DNA of 64,000 nucleotides, taken from positions 9,981 to 73,980 of the IMG/VR virus record IMGVR_UViG_3300043754_000046; one strand, written 5' to 3'. A program made the position numbers and the translations under genes. The notes beneath the pieces are model-generated. The model saw nothing but the letters and a program-made list of their open reading frames with translations. It had not been told where the DNA came from and made no database searches. This DNA comes from a virus. Positions 25,546-33,825 of this stretch are shown here, piece by piece. Positions within the stretch are counted from its first letter, which is position 1. Each line of letters opens with the position of its first letter.

Positions 25546-26537
25546 TAGGCAGGGAACCTCACTCTGAGCGGCGAGAGGGCGTTCCCCCTGCCGAATCTGA
25601 TCTCGTCTCCGGACTGCTCTCCCGGGTCCTTCGGCCCTGCGCCGAACTTGCCGTAGTTGTAGAAGGCCAGGCGTCGGCCCATCCCGGAGTACCGCTGTTT
25701 GAGCTCTTTCATTGCTTTCCATCCCGCCTTGTCATTATCCAATGCGAGGATGACGCGATTGCAGCGGTCGAAGAGCAATTGCATCTGGAAGTCGGAGACG
25801 AAGGAACCGAACGAGCCGACCGCTCCCTCTACTCCCACGGAATCCACTCGGGGGCAGTCGAGCGGTGATTCGATCACGATTGCTTCGCCGCCGGACTTCA
25901 GGAGGTGGAAGCCGAAGAGCGTCTTGGACTTCTCGACCGTGAACGGCTTGTTCCTGAAATATCTTTCGTTCTTCTCCTGCCAGCCGAGGAGCTTCCCGCC
26001 GGGTTCCCGAATCGGGGTGATCCACATGGAGCGCTCTGTGTCCCATAGAACCCCGTACTTCTCGCAGGAACTGGCACGAAGTCCCCGCTTCCTGCGGGCT
26101 TCCAGGGGTGGAAGGGTGAACAGAGCCAGGTCGGCCTCCGTGTAGGTGCGGACTTCCGGGGGTGGAACCAGGTCGTCTATGTAGCTTCCACGTCCTAGGA
26201 GTTTGTTGACTCGCTCGATTCCACCTCGCTGGCGGACCCACTCGACTGCGTCGTCCCAGGAGATTCCGAGAACATCCACGACGAGCTGGACGAAAGGACC
26301 GCGCCAGCCGCAGGAGAAGCAGTTGAATACGCCGGTCTCGGTGTTGCACGACCAGGACGGATGCCTGTCGTCCTTCCCTGTGCGTTCAAAGTGCATTGCG
26401 CAGCGGCCATTGGCCTCTTCGTGGTCCACTCGGATGATGTGTATGCCGAGTTCGTCAAGCGCGGCTACGACATTGCCTGGGACCGGGGTGGCCCGCTTTT
26501 GCAGCCAGCCGCGTTTCACTCGCCTAGAACGAGTCAT
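25545..26537 (-). CDS. dnaG: DNA primase (zinc finger plus TOPRIM)
   Basis: CAMH...CFSCG zinc finger; VIESPLD...LALDNDKAG...KDPGE TOPRIM motifs. Confidence 0.88.
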   Translation of the reverse strand: MTRSRRVKRGWLQKRATPVPGNVVAALDELGIHIIRVDHEEANGRCAMHFERTGKDDRHPSWSCNTETGVFNCFSCGWRGPFVQLVVDVLGISWDDAVEWVRQRGGIERVNKLLGRGSYIDDLVPPPEVRTYTEADLALFTLPPLEARRKRGLRASSCEKYGVLWDTERSMWITPIREPGGKLLGWQEKNERYFRNKPFTVEKSKTLFGFHLLKSGGEAIVIESPLDCPRVDSVGVEGAVGSFGSFVSDFQMQLLFDRCNRVILALDNDKAGWKAMKELKQRYSGMGRRLAFYNYGKFGAGPKDPGEQSGDEIRFGRGNALSPLRVRFPA

Positions 26538-27831
26538 CGGCGTCCTCGTCATAGCCTCCATCGGACTCGAAGGGGTTGTAGTCAAGCTCCTCGAAAGCGC
26601 CCTTGTCCCAGTCCCGTCTGATGAAGAAGTCCTGCGGCTGTGTGGTGCGAGACGCGAGGATCTGAAGGATCTGAATGTCTGGGTCGTCCTGGGAGATCTC
26701 CACGCCGATGAGGCAGTCGGAATCGGTGAGGAAGGAGCTGCCGTAACCGACGGTCGTACGGCCCATGCGCTTCTTCTTGCCCTTCTCGGCTTTCCACTCC
26801 AGTCCCTGGGTGGAGATGACGATGGGGATCTTGAAGGTCTGTGCCAGCCGTTTGAAGCCCTGGGTGAGATTCGACAGGGCCCTCGGGGTCATCCGGGGCT
26901 CGCCCTCTTCGTCCTCCATCATGTAGACGCCGTCCACGAAGACGACCGGCGGCCGGTACTGCTCGATCTTGGCTGCGACGCCGGAGATCGTCATCGTGCG
27001 GCCACGGTCAGCCGAGAAGAAGAAGGAGTGCATGCCGGACAGGTCGGTGACGGATCGTTCCAGCAGCGCCCACTCCTCCTTGGTGAGGTTGCCTGAGCGC
27101 AGTCGTGACAGAGAGACACCCGCACGGGAGGCGTCCATGCGCTCGCCCTGCTCACGGTTGGACATCTCGAAACCGACGAAGAGGGGCGAGAGACCACTGA
27201 GGTGGGCGGCGCGGGCCATGTCCAGCAGGACGAAACTCTTGCCGTTCTTAGAAAACCCCGCGAGCGTGATGAGCTGCTCGGGCTGAAGACCGCCGGTTGC
27301 CAGGTCGAGGCAGCGGTACCCCGTGGGAATGCCGGGGATCTCATCCGCGTTCTGGCCGATGCGCTCCATGTAGGCGGCTAGGCGCTCATCGCCGGTCTGC
27401 GTGAGGTCCATGTCGTCGGCAACGGGGATCACACGGTTGATGACGGAGCTGGTGTGGTAAATCGCGGCGAGGGAGGTCTCGTAGTCACCTGCGTCCCAGG
27501 CCGTTGCCGCCTCGTCCAGGCCTCGTTCCAAGAGCGCGGCTTTGCGGGAGGTCCGGATCTCATCGATCAGGAAGTCAATTGGCTCCTGGACCTTGAGGAA
27601 CCTATAGGTGCCCTGAGGAAAGTCCGCGCGGAGAACCTGCACAGTGGGTACCTCGTGGTACTCGCTGTAGAACTCGGTGATGCGCTCCCAGACGCGGCGG
27701 TGCTTGGAGTTCGCGAAGAAGTCAGCAGTGATGGCCGCGTTGACGACAGCCAGCCAGTCGTCGGGGGCGGTGAGGACGCGGCATATGAGGCGGTGCTCAA
27801 CGTCAAGAACTTCGGAGGCCTCGGTAGTCAC
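26524..27831 (-). CDS. dnaB: DnaB-like replicative helicase
   Basis: IPTGYRCLDLATGGLQPEQL, GFSKNGKS, FEMS, VFVDGVY, KIPIVISTQ, TDSD; no intein. Confidence 0.93.
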   Translation of the reverse strand: MTTEASEVLDVEHRLICRVLTAPDDWLAVVNAAITADFFANSKHRRVWERITEFYSEYHEVPTVQVLRADFPQGTYRFLKVQEPIDFLIDEIRTSRKAALLERGLDEAATAWDAGDYETSLAAIYHTSSVINRVIPVADDMDLTQTGDERLAAYMERIGQNADEIPGIPTGYRCLDLATGGLQPEQLITLAGFSKNGKSFVLLDMARAAHLSGLSPLFVGFEMSNREQGERMDASRAGVSLSRLRSGNLTKEEWALLERSVTDLSGMHSFFFSADRGRTMTISGVAAKIEQYRPPVVFVDGVYMMEDEEGEPRMTPRALSNLTQGFKRLAQTFKIPIVISTQGLEWKAEKGKKKRMGRTTVGYGSSFLTDSDCLIGVEISQDDPDIQILQILASRTTQPQDFFIRRDWDKGAFEELDYNPFESDGGYDEDADDSF

Positions 27832-28268
27832 TGCTCTCCAAATCGGGGCGCGTTCTGGGGCAGCATGTGGCGCCCGAGCTGTCCGTAGGTGAGTGTGGCC
27901 CGCATGGGGTCGGGGTCGTAGATCGCTGCCACGTCCGGCATGGTGATGTGGATGCGTGCGAGTTCCTGCGGGGTTGTACTCCAGACCCGGCGCACGAGAG
28001 CGTGGACGTCTTCCAGTCGCTCTTCGACGGCTTCAGCAACGTCGGGGCCCAGGAACGTGACGACTTCCACGGGGTAGGGAGTCCGCCGGATCTGACCGAG
28101 AAGCAGATCATTCAGTTCGTACTGCGCTACCAGGTGCTTCGCGGTGGACTTCCTGCGCTTCCAGCCCCACTTCCTGCCTAGTTCCTGGGGGGAGGGAAGC
28201 CCGAGAAGTCCTTCGAACACCACGAGAAGGCAGGGCTGGAAGTCGGCGGAGATGTCACCGTCTTGCAC
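27828..28268 (-). CDS. Hypothetical protein, degenerate HAD-like
   Basis: LLVVFEGLLG in the motif I position; start corrected to GTG 28268. Confidence 0.5.
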   Translation of the reverse strand: MQDGDISADFQPCLLVVFEGLLGLPSPQELGRKWGWKRRKSTAKHLVAQYELNDLLLGQIRRTPYPVEVVTFLGPDVAEAVEERLEDVHALVRRVWSTTPQELARIHITMPDVAAIYDPDPMRATLTYGQLGRHMLPQNAPRFGEQ

Positions 28269-28950
28269 GGCGCCAGTCCTCTCCCCCGATGGCTGCTGCG
28301 TCGAATGCTTCATGCAGGAACGAGAACATCGCAGCCTCGTACTTCTCGCTCCACTGCGGAAGGGGGACGTTGGTGGTCGCGAGAGTGGGAAGACAGCGGT
28401 CGAATCGGGTCCGGAAGATCCGGTAGACCTCGGATCCATTCCAGCCGGAACCGGAGTCGTATTCCTTACCCTGGTCGTCCCAGATGAGCAGAGGGACCCT
28501 GACAACGTGATCCTGAAGTCGCCGCATCCGCTTGTACTCGTTCAATGTTTCTTCATCCCGTAGCTTGAACGCGATCTCCTTGGCATCCCGCGCCTTGTTG
28601 CCGAGATCGAAAAAGCTGGTGACCGGCATGTACAGGAACTCCGTGTTGTACATGCGGGCAACATCGGTGGCGATGGCGCACATCAGGCGCGTCTTGCCGG
28701 TGGCGGGTGGACCGATGGCGATCCCGCCCTTTCCCAGCTTGCTTCGGTCCTCAGGCATCTCGTCGGCAAGAGGGCGACGCTGGCGCCAGCCGGTGACGAT
28801 GTCATAGCCCATGTCGAGGCCTTGGGCGTTGTCCGGCGTGCGCCGCATGTCGGCCAGGCCCAGGCCCCAGAAGCGGCGCGGGACTCGGTATTTCGCCCAG
28901 CGTGCCGTCCAGTTGATCTGGGCTGCCTGCTCGGGGGTGTAGGTGCTCAC
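28255..28950 (-). CDS. DnaC/IstB-like AAA+ helicase loader
   Basis: GPPATGKT Walker A, LIWDDQGKE Walker B, RFDRCLPTLATTN. Confidence 0.88.
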   Translation of the reverse strand: MSTYTPEQAAQINWTARWAKYRVPRRFWGLGLADMRRTPDNAQGLDMGYDIVTGWRQRRPLADEMPEDRSKLGKGGIAIGPPATGKTRLMCAIATDVARMYNTEFLYMPVTSFFDLGNKARDAKEIAFKLRDEETLNEYKRMRRLQDHVVRVPLLIWDDQGKEYDSGSGWNGSEVYRIFRTRFDRCLPTLATTNVPLPQWSEKYEAAMFSFLHEAFDAAAIGGEDWRRARR

Positions 28951-29987
28951 CGGTCACCCGCCATGCTGCCGAGCCAGTAGCTGGCGTCGCCGTGACGGTG
29001 CTCCTCCACAGCCTGGGCTTCCACGGCCTTGGCGCTGGCGGCAAGCAGCCGGTGGCGCTGGCCGATGAAGTCGAGCCAGGGCGTCTTGCCCTTGACCCTG
29101 TGGTGGTCAGGGGCGACGTAGCGCTGCATCATGGCGCGGATCTGATCGGCGCTGACGCCGTCGCGCTTCCACTGGCTGAGGTTGCGCGCCAGGGCAGCGC
29201 GGTTGACCGGAGAGGGGCCCGCCCAGGGCTGCTGGCGGACGAGCTTGTCGAACTCGAAGGCCAGGGATCCGGCTGCGTCGGCCTGTGCCTGGGTCCTGGC
29301 GCGCCGCCTGGGGCTTGCCAACGTCTGGGCGACCTCCTGGGCCGGAAGCAGCCCGTCAAGGTCGTCAGATGCCGCGTCAGGCGATTTCTGGGAGTCCCAC
29401 AGACCGAGGCTGGCGGCCGGATCAAATTCGTCCCGGGCCTCGTGCCGGGGGTTAGTGCCCTTGAAGCCCATGTCGTCCTCCAGCCCGGTTTCCACATGCG
29501 GCGCGGCAGCGTCGCCCCCTCCCGTAGGGAGGGGGGAAGTAGTGGTTCTTGGTAGGTGGTTCTTTATATAAGGAGTGCCGTCAGAAACTGACGCATCCGA
29601 TGCGACAGCATGTGTCGTATCGCCCAGGAGGAGTTCAGCGGGGATCTGAAGGTCTCCACCCAGCAGAATCCGGAGTTCCGCAATCGTGCCGAGGAGGTAG
29701 TTCACTCGGTGCTGGCTCGCTCGTCCGGTCCGGCGAAAAGACAGTGCACCCTTGTCCGCAAGTTCCTTGAGGGTTCGCTGGATGGTGCGTACGGACACCT
29801 TGAGGATCCCGGCGAGACGTTCTTGAGTGGGGAACGCGTCGGGGTTCTCGCCCTGGAAGTGTTTGAGGATGATCAGGAGATCGTGGGCCTTGCCGGACAG
29901 CCCGAGAAATGCGGTCTCAACGTCCTGGACCACATACCATCCGCGCTCAAGTAGCTCTTGACGGCTTGTATTTACGGGAACGGTCAT
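28947..29987 (-). CDS. Replication initiator-like protein with N-terminal winged HTH
   Basis: AFPTQERLAGILKVSVRTIQRTLKELADKG...VNY; directly upstream of the loader gene. Confidence 0.75.
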   Translation of the reverse strand: MTVPVNTSRQELLERGWYVVQDVETAFLGLSGKAHDLLIILKHFQGENPDAFPTQERLAGILKVSVRTIQRTLKELADKGALSFRRTGRASQHRVNYLLGTIAELRILLGGDLQIPAELLLGDTTHAVASDASVSDGTPYIKNHLPRTTTSPLPTGGGDAAAPHVETGLEDDMGFKGTNPRHEARDEFDPAASLGLWDSQKSPDAASDDLDGLLPAQEVAQTLASPRRRARTQAQADAAGSLAFEFDKLVRQQPWAGPSPVNRAALARNLSQWKRDGVSADQIRAMMQRYVAPDHHRVKGKTPWLDFIGQRHRLLAASAKAVEAQAVEEHRHGDASYWLGSMAGDR

Positions 29988-30028
29988 GTTACGTTCTTCC
30001 TGTGTGGTGAAGCGCACCTTTCGGACTG

Positions 30029-30052
30029 AAGCCCCCTGGAAACAGGGGGCTT
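30029..30052. terminator. GC-rich hairpin, possible terminator
   Basis: AAGCCCCCTG-GAAA-CAGGGGGCTT; the T-run follows on the plus strand. Confidence 0.55.
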
Positions 30053-30059
30053 TGGTTTT

Positions 30060-31139
30060 TCAGGCGCCCTCGATGACGTTCCCGTCTTCATCCATGAAAC
30101 CGACGCGAGTTCCGGCACGCAGACGGCCACGCCCGGCCTTCTTCCACTCCTGCGCGTCCTCGTCCCACACGACCTTCGTAGGCTTCCCCGCAGGCTTCTT
30201 GGTGGCCTTGAGCGCCGGGGTCTTCTCGTAGTCGAGCTCAGGGTGCAGTACGAGGTTGAGCTCCTTGACCTTGTCCCCGAGCGCTTGAGTGAGCGGACTG
30301 TACGCGACGTCATCCGCGAGGTTCTTGGCAGCAGTGGTAGCGTCCGTGGCCCGCATGAAGTATCCGGCCCTGTCGAGCAGGTAGACCGCCTCGCGCAGCA
30401 GTTCTGCCGGGACAGTGACTTCGCCGACGGCGATGGTGGTCTGCATCTCCCGATGGGCAGCGGCAACGTCGTCTTCCAGGGTGGAAGTGGGTCCGACCTG
30501 CGGCTTCTCTGCCGACTTCCGGGGGGTGGAAGTGACAGGTTCCGACGTGTCGTCCAGCTCTTCCTCTTCGGGATCGAGCTCTTCCACCTCTTCGCGCTGC
30601 GGCTTCGCGGGCTTCCTGATGGGCCGCTCGGGCTCTGGCTCGGGCTCCTGGTCCTCCTCGTCGGGCCTGATCTCGGCGAGTCCTTGCACGAGGTCCACGA
30701 CCTTGATCTTTCCGGATTGGTGAGCGAGCTTGATGAGCTGCTCGTCGTCCGCGTCCTTCTCATCCCAGTTGATCAGCAGGTAAGGAGACGGGATACCGGA
30801 GAGCTCTCCGATGAGGAACTCGAAGGGGTCATCGGGCTCATGGACATGGTCGACACTGTCGGTCCACTCAGCGACGGCGCCTGTGACCTCATCGGTGACG
30901 AGATGCAGCTCAACATCCTCGATGCTGACGGCAAGATTCAGTGCAGGCTTCAGCCCGGCAGGGACCTGCCCATCCGTGAGCAGCATGTAGATCGTGATGT
31001 GGCCGTACCGGTCAGGCTTGTCGTAGTAGCCCTCGCCGTCCGGTGTTCCGAGGCTGAGCCAGTCAGCAAGCAGATACTCGATGTTCCGGCGCGTGTTGGG
31101 GGCGTGGCCTGCGAAGGCGAGCGTGAGATCTTTGGGCAC
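30060..31139 (-). CDS. Acidic hypothetical protein, first gene after operator copy 3
   Basis: Globular-looking N-terminal half, Glu/Pro-rich linker, basic C-terminus containing GRGR. Confidence 0.75.
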   Translation of the reverse strand: MPKDLTLAFAGHAPNTRRNIEYLLADWLSLGTPDGEGYYDKPDRYGHITIYMLLTDGQVPAGLKPALNLAVSIEDVELHLVTDEVTGAVAEWTDSVDHVHEPDDPFEFLIGELSGIPSPYLLINWDEKDADDEQLIKLAHQSGKIKVVDLVQGLAEIRPDEEDQEPEPEPERPIRKPAKPQREEVEELDPEEEELDDTSEPVTSTPRKSAEKPQVGPTSTLEDDVAAAHREMQTTIAVGEVTVPAELLREAVYLLDRAGYFMRATDATTAAKNLADDVAYSPLTQALGDKVKELNLVLHPELDYEKTPALKATKKPAGKPTKVVWDEDAQEWKKAGRGRLRAGTRVGFMDEDGNVIEGA

Positions 31140-31175
31140 GATGCTCCTAAGCGCGATCAGTGACCTAGCCTCCCC

Positions 31176-31218
31176 AGCCTACGGAGTTGACCAACTCTGT
31201 GGCAACTAGTTGGTCAAC
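31176..31218 (-). promoter_or_regulatory. Operator/promoter repeat, copy 3 (heads the initiator-helicase-primase operon)
   Basis: GTTGACCAACTAG-TTGCCA-CAGAGTTGGTCAACTCCG-TAGGCT. Confidence 0.8.
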
Positions 31219-31223
31219 CCTCA

Positions 31224-31484
31224 TCAGAGGGGCGGGATGCGCCCCGGTCGGCGGCGGGTGACGAGCTGTGCAGTCTCGGCCGATGAGGTCACGTAGCGGT
31301 GCAGGACGGCCACGAGTCCGGCGACGGCAGCGGCCGTCAGGTACGCGGTGGGGACGTGGCGTGCCTCGAAGGCCAAGCCCGCCACGAGGGCGGGCTGAAG
31401 CCATGCGGGAACGGGCACTGGGAGTACCACGCGGATGTACTCCCAGGCCCAGAAGACAGCGAGTGCCACGGTGAGCAGACGCAT
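31224..31484 (-). CDS. Small membrane protein (86 aa)
   Basis: MRLLTVALAVFWAW...; TGATG coupling. Confidence 0.7.
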   Translation of the reverse strand: MRLLTVALAVFWAWEYIRVVLPVPVPAWLQPALVAGLAFEARHVPTAYLTAAAVAGLVAVLHRYVTSSAETAQLVTRRRPGRIPPL

Positions 31485-31699
31485 CAGGTCTGCCTTGCGA
31501 GACCTGCGTTGGCCCACATCATCGCCTCTTCGATGCGGGCAATGGCGAGGCTCTTCTCCCGGCCGTCGGGCACGCGCGCGTTGATGAAGTCCGCTAGCTG
31601 ACGGCACTGCTGACGGACACTGGTGTGCGCGTTCCGCCGCTCCTCCGAGGTGGCCGGGTGGAAGCGGAAGCGGTTCTCGATGTCCTCGGGAGCCATCAT
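31484..31699 (-). CDS. Acb2/Tad1-hairpin-like anti-defence sponge candidate (71 aa)
   Basis: NRFRFH...GREKSLAIARIEEAMMWANAGLAR resembles the Tad1 helix SRE.A.A.T..EEALMW.N; ATGA-coupled start. Confidence 0.65.
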   Translation of the reverse strand: MMAPEDIENRFRFHPATSEERRNAHTSVRQQCRQLADFINARVPDGREKSLAIARIEEAMMWANAGLARQT

Positions 31700-32097
31700 G
31701 CGGCGGGCTTGTCGGAGGCCGATCCACCGAGGGCCTTGGAGGCGGCGTCCACGGCGCTCGTGACTGCACCAGCGTCTGGAGTTGCCGAGACGGGTGCCTG
31801 GGTGAGCTGCGGGTCCTTCACGAGCAGCCCCTGGACGACGCCGGTGAGGCCCACCTTGGTCCACAGGCCGTAGTGCATGCCGACACTGACCACGAAGCCG
31901 GTGACGGCCGTGATGACGGCGGTGCGCAGGGAGCCGTGGGGGTGGTTGATGTACTGCTGGCCCAGCGCTGCGGCGGCGTTGATGAACAGCAGGGCGACCG
32001 ACTTGACGGAGCTCGGCATCGAGGTCTTGGTGAGCAGGCCGACCACGAGCGGGGCGAAGAGACCGACGGCGATGGTGACGAGTGACATTTGGTTCAC
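31696..32097 (-). CDS. Holin-like membrane protein
   Basis: Three short hydrophobic segments and a polar C-terminal tail, directly after the fibre genes. Confidence 0.55.
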   Translation of the reverse strand: MNQMSLVTIAVGLFAPLVVGLLTKTSMPSSVKSVALLFINAAAALGQQYINHPHGSLRTAVITAVTGFVVSVGMHYGLWTKVGLTGVVQGLLVKDPQLTQAPVSATPDAGAVTSAVDAASKALGGSASDKPAA

Positions 32098-32106
32098 GGG
32101 GTGTCC

Positions 32107-33825
32107 TTAGCTCGGAGGCTGGGCGACGAGGATCTGGAATTGTGTTCCGTGCGGCACCGAATTTTTCACGATGTCGTTTAGACGGTAGTAGTTCGAGCGG
32201 AAACCTCGGTAATAGTGGCTGCTGCTGCGGCTAGCCGTCCCGGCCCAGAGGTAGTCGAATCCGGTGCTGCTTCCATCGAAGTAGTCGAGGAGTTGGGCGC
32301 CTTGCTCGCTGAGGGCGTTGTCCACCCAGAAGGTCGCTCCTTGTCCAGCGGCCAGGACATCCGCCGAGTTGAGGGAAAGACCCAGCGCGACCAGGCCGTT
32401 GTCGCTGGGACTGGTCATGAAAGTCGCCCAGAGTCTGATCCATCCGTTTTCATCAACGAGTTCGGGATGGTTCAGGGCGTCGGTGGTGTTCAGAACCCCG
32501 GCGATGGGCGTGTAGCCGGGCAGAAGCGTGATGGGCGGACAGCCGGGCCCGAGTTTGACGTACACCGACGTGGTGTAGGTAGTGCTCGTCTGCCAGCCGA
32601 ATCCACCGATGTCGTTTGTGCTCCAGGCGGTGAGCAGCGTCGGGCCGATGATGGTGCCGTACGCGCTGTATGTGGACAGGCCCGCAGGGACGGAGTATTT
32701 CAGTGACCCGTTCGTGGTGCGGCCCGTGGTGGGGTCCTGGGATATGGGGTATGGGCCGGTGGTACCGAAGGCGCCCCATCCCCAGGTGTCCACGGCGAAA
32801 TTCGGGTTGTTGACGAGGTTGACCCGGTTGGCTTTGAGGGTGATGGTGAGGTTTCGCGGACTCGTGTATGAGGTGGGGGTACTGAGCACGTTGTAGGGGC
32901 GTGTCCATATGCGGTGTGCGTCGACATAGGTGACTTCGCCGACCGGGGCTATGGCGTCCGTCGCGGAGGGCGTCGAGTTGATCGAGATGTGGGGCACGAC
33001 AGATACCCAGACGGCATTCGCCGGGGCGGTGATGTTGTAGACATAGCTGGTGTCCCAGGCTCCGCCGCCCGGATGCTGCTGGTACGCGCTGAAGTACCAC
33101 GTCCCTGCCGAAGGGAGCTGGTTGTAGCTGGAGTCGTAGAACTGAACTCCCGCACTCCACCAGGCGTTTCTTTGCATGCTGAGGGATACTGACGCGTTGA
33201 GAACTTCACCGGGCGTGCAGGGCGCCATCCCGGTGGGTGTGGCCGGGTTGATCCAATATCCCCAGCGGCCTGCGGGCGCTCCGGTGTACGTGATTTTTCC
33301 GCTGGAGGTTCCGCTGAGTGCCATGCTTGTGGAGGTCTGAACCGTGCAGAAGTTGACGCTGCTTTGTGCTGTGTAGCAGGCACGGCCCTGCCAGCTCATG
33401 GCAGCAAAGCTCAGCCGGTTTCCCAGATTTACCGATTCAAGCTGGACGTTGTCGTAGGCGTGCTTTTCTCCGGCGGCGAGGTTCGTCCACTTGATGCCGA
33501 CCCCGGCGTATACAGCTTGGTTCCACAAAGGGGCGACGCCGTCCGGTGTGTAGGAAGTGGGGGCGGTGGCGGTCAGCCAGCCTCGCTGTGCAGTGGAGTC
33601 GGTGCCGGTGGCGTGGGAGACATCGCGGGACATTGCAGTATCAGGTTGGCCGGATATCCAGATTCCGAAATCTGTGACTCCCCCGAGGGGGAGTGTGGTG
33701 ACGGTGACGGCGCTTCCGGAGGATTGAGCAGTGCCGCTCGCAGTCAGGTACTGGATGGGCGGGGTGGTGACGGTCGCGTCCCCGGTCGTTGCGGCGGCAC
33801 CGGTCGCGGTCAGCAGCTGTGGCAT
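32107..33825 (-). CDS. Tail fibre / receptor-binding protein with CBM-like jelly-roll domains (572 aa)
   Basis: True start ATG 33825 (TGATG); RVNLVNNPNF..D..GW and WIRLWATF...FWVDNALSEQG...YFDGS motifs. Confidence 0.75.
   Translation of the reverse strand: MPQLLTATGAAATTGDATVTTPPIQYLTASGTAQSSGSAVTVTTLPLGGVTDFGIWISGQPDTAMSRDVSHATGTDSTAQRGWLTATAPTSYTPDGVAPLWNQAVYAGVGIKWTNLAAGEKHAYDNVQLESVNLGNRLSFAAMSWQGRACYTAQSSVNFCTVQTSTSMALSGTSSGKITYTGAPAGRWGYWINPATPTGMAPCTPGEVLNASVSLSMQRNAWWSAGVQFYDSSYNQLPSAGTWYFSAYQQHPGGGAWDTSYVYNITAPANAVWVSVVPHISINSTPSATDAIAPVGEVTYVDAHRIWTRPYNVLSTPTSYTSPRNLTITLKANRVNLVNNPNFAVDTWGWGAFGTTGPYPISQDPTTGRTTNGSLKYSVPAGLSTYSAYGTIIGPTLLTAWSTNDIGGFGWQTSTTYTTSVYVKLGPGCPPITLLPGYTPIAGVLNTTDALNHPELVDENGWIRLWATFMTSPSDNGLVALGLSLNSADVLAAGQGATFWVDNALSEQGAQLLDYFDGSSTGFDYLWAGTASRSSSHYYRGFRSNYYRLNDIVKNSVPHGTQFQILVAQPPS

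Noticed and set aside
14894-27831. Inteins or introns in RecA, NrdJ, PolA, SNF2 or DnaB
   Set aside because: All have ordinary lengths and continuous motifs, with no splicing-domain signatures.
3628-29996. 12-bp match AAGAACGTAACA near 3628 and, inverted, near 29985
   Set aside because: Only two copies, opposite orientation and different contexts; compatible with chance.
30060-30200. GRGR as an Lsr2/AT-hook DNA-binding motif
   Set aside because: The surrounding Lsr2 residues are absent; four residues are not enough.
12864-31218. Cas4-like gene plus repeats as a possible CRISPR system
   Set aside because: The three repeats are 7-8 kb apart and promoter-shaped, there is no repeat-spacer array, and solo Cas4-like nucleases are common in phage recombination modules.
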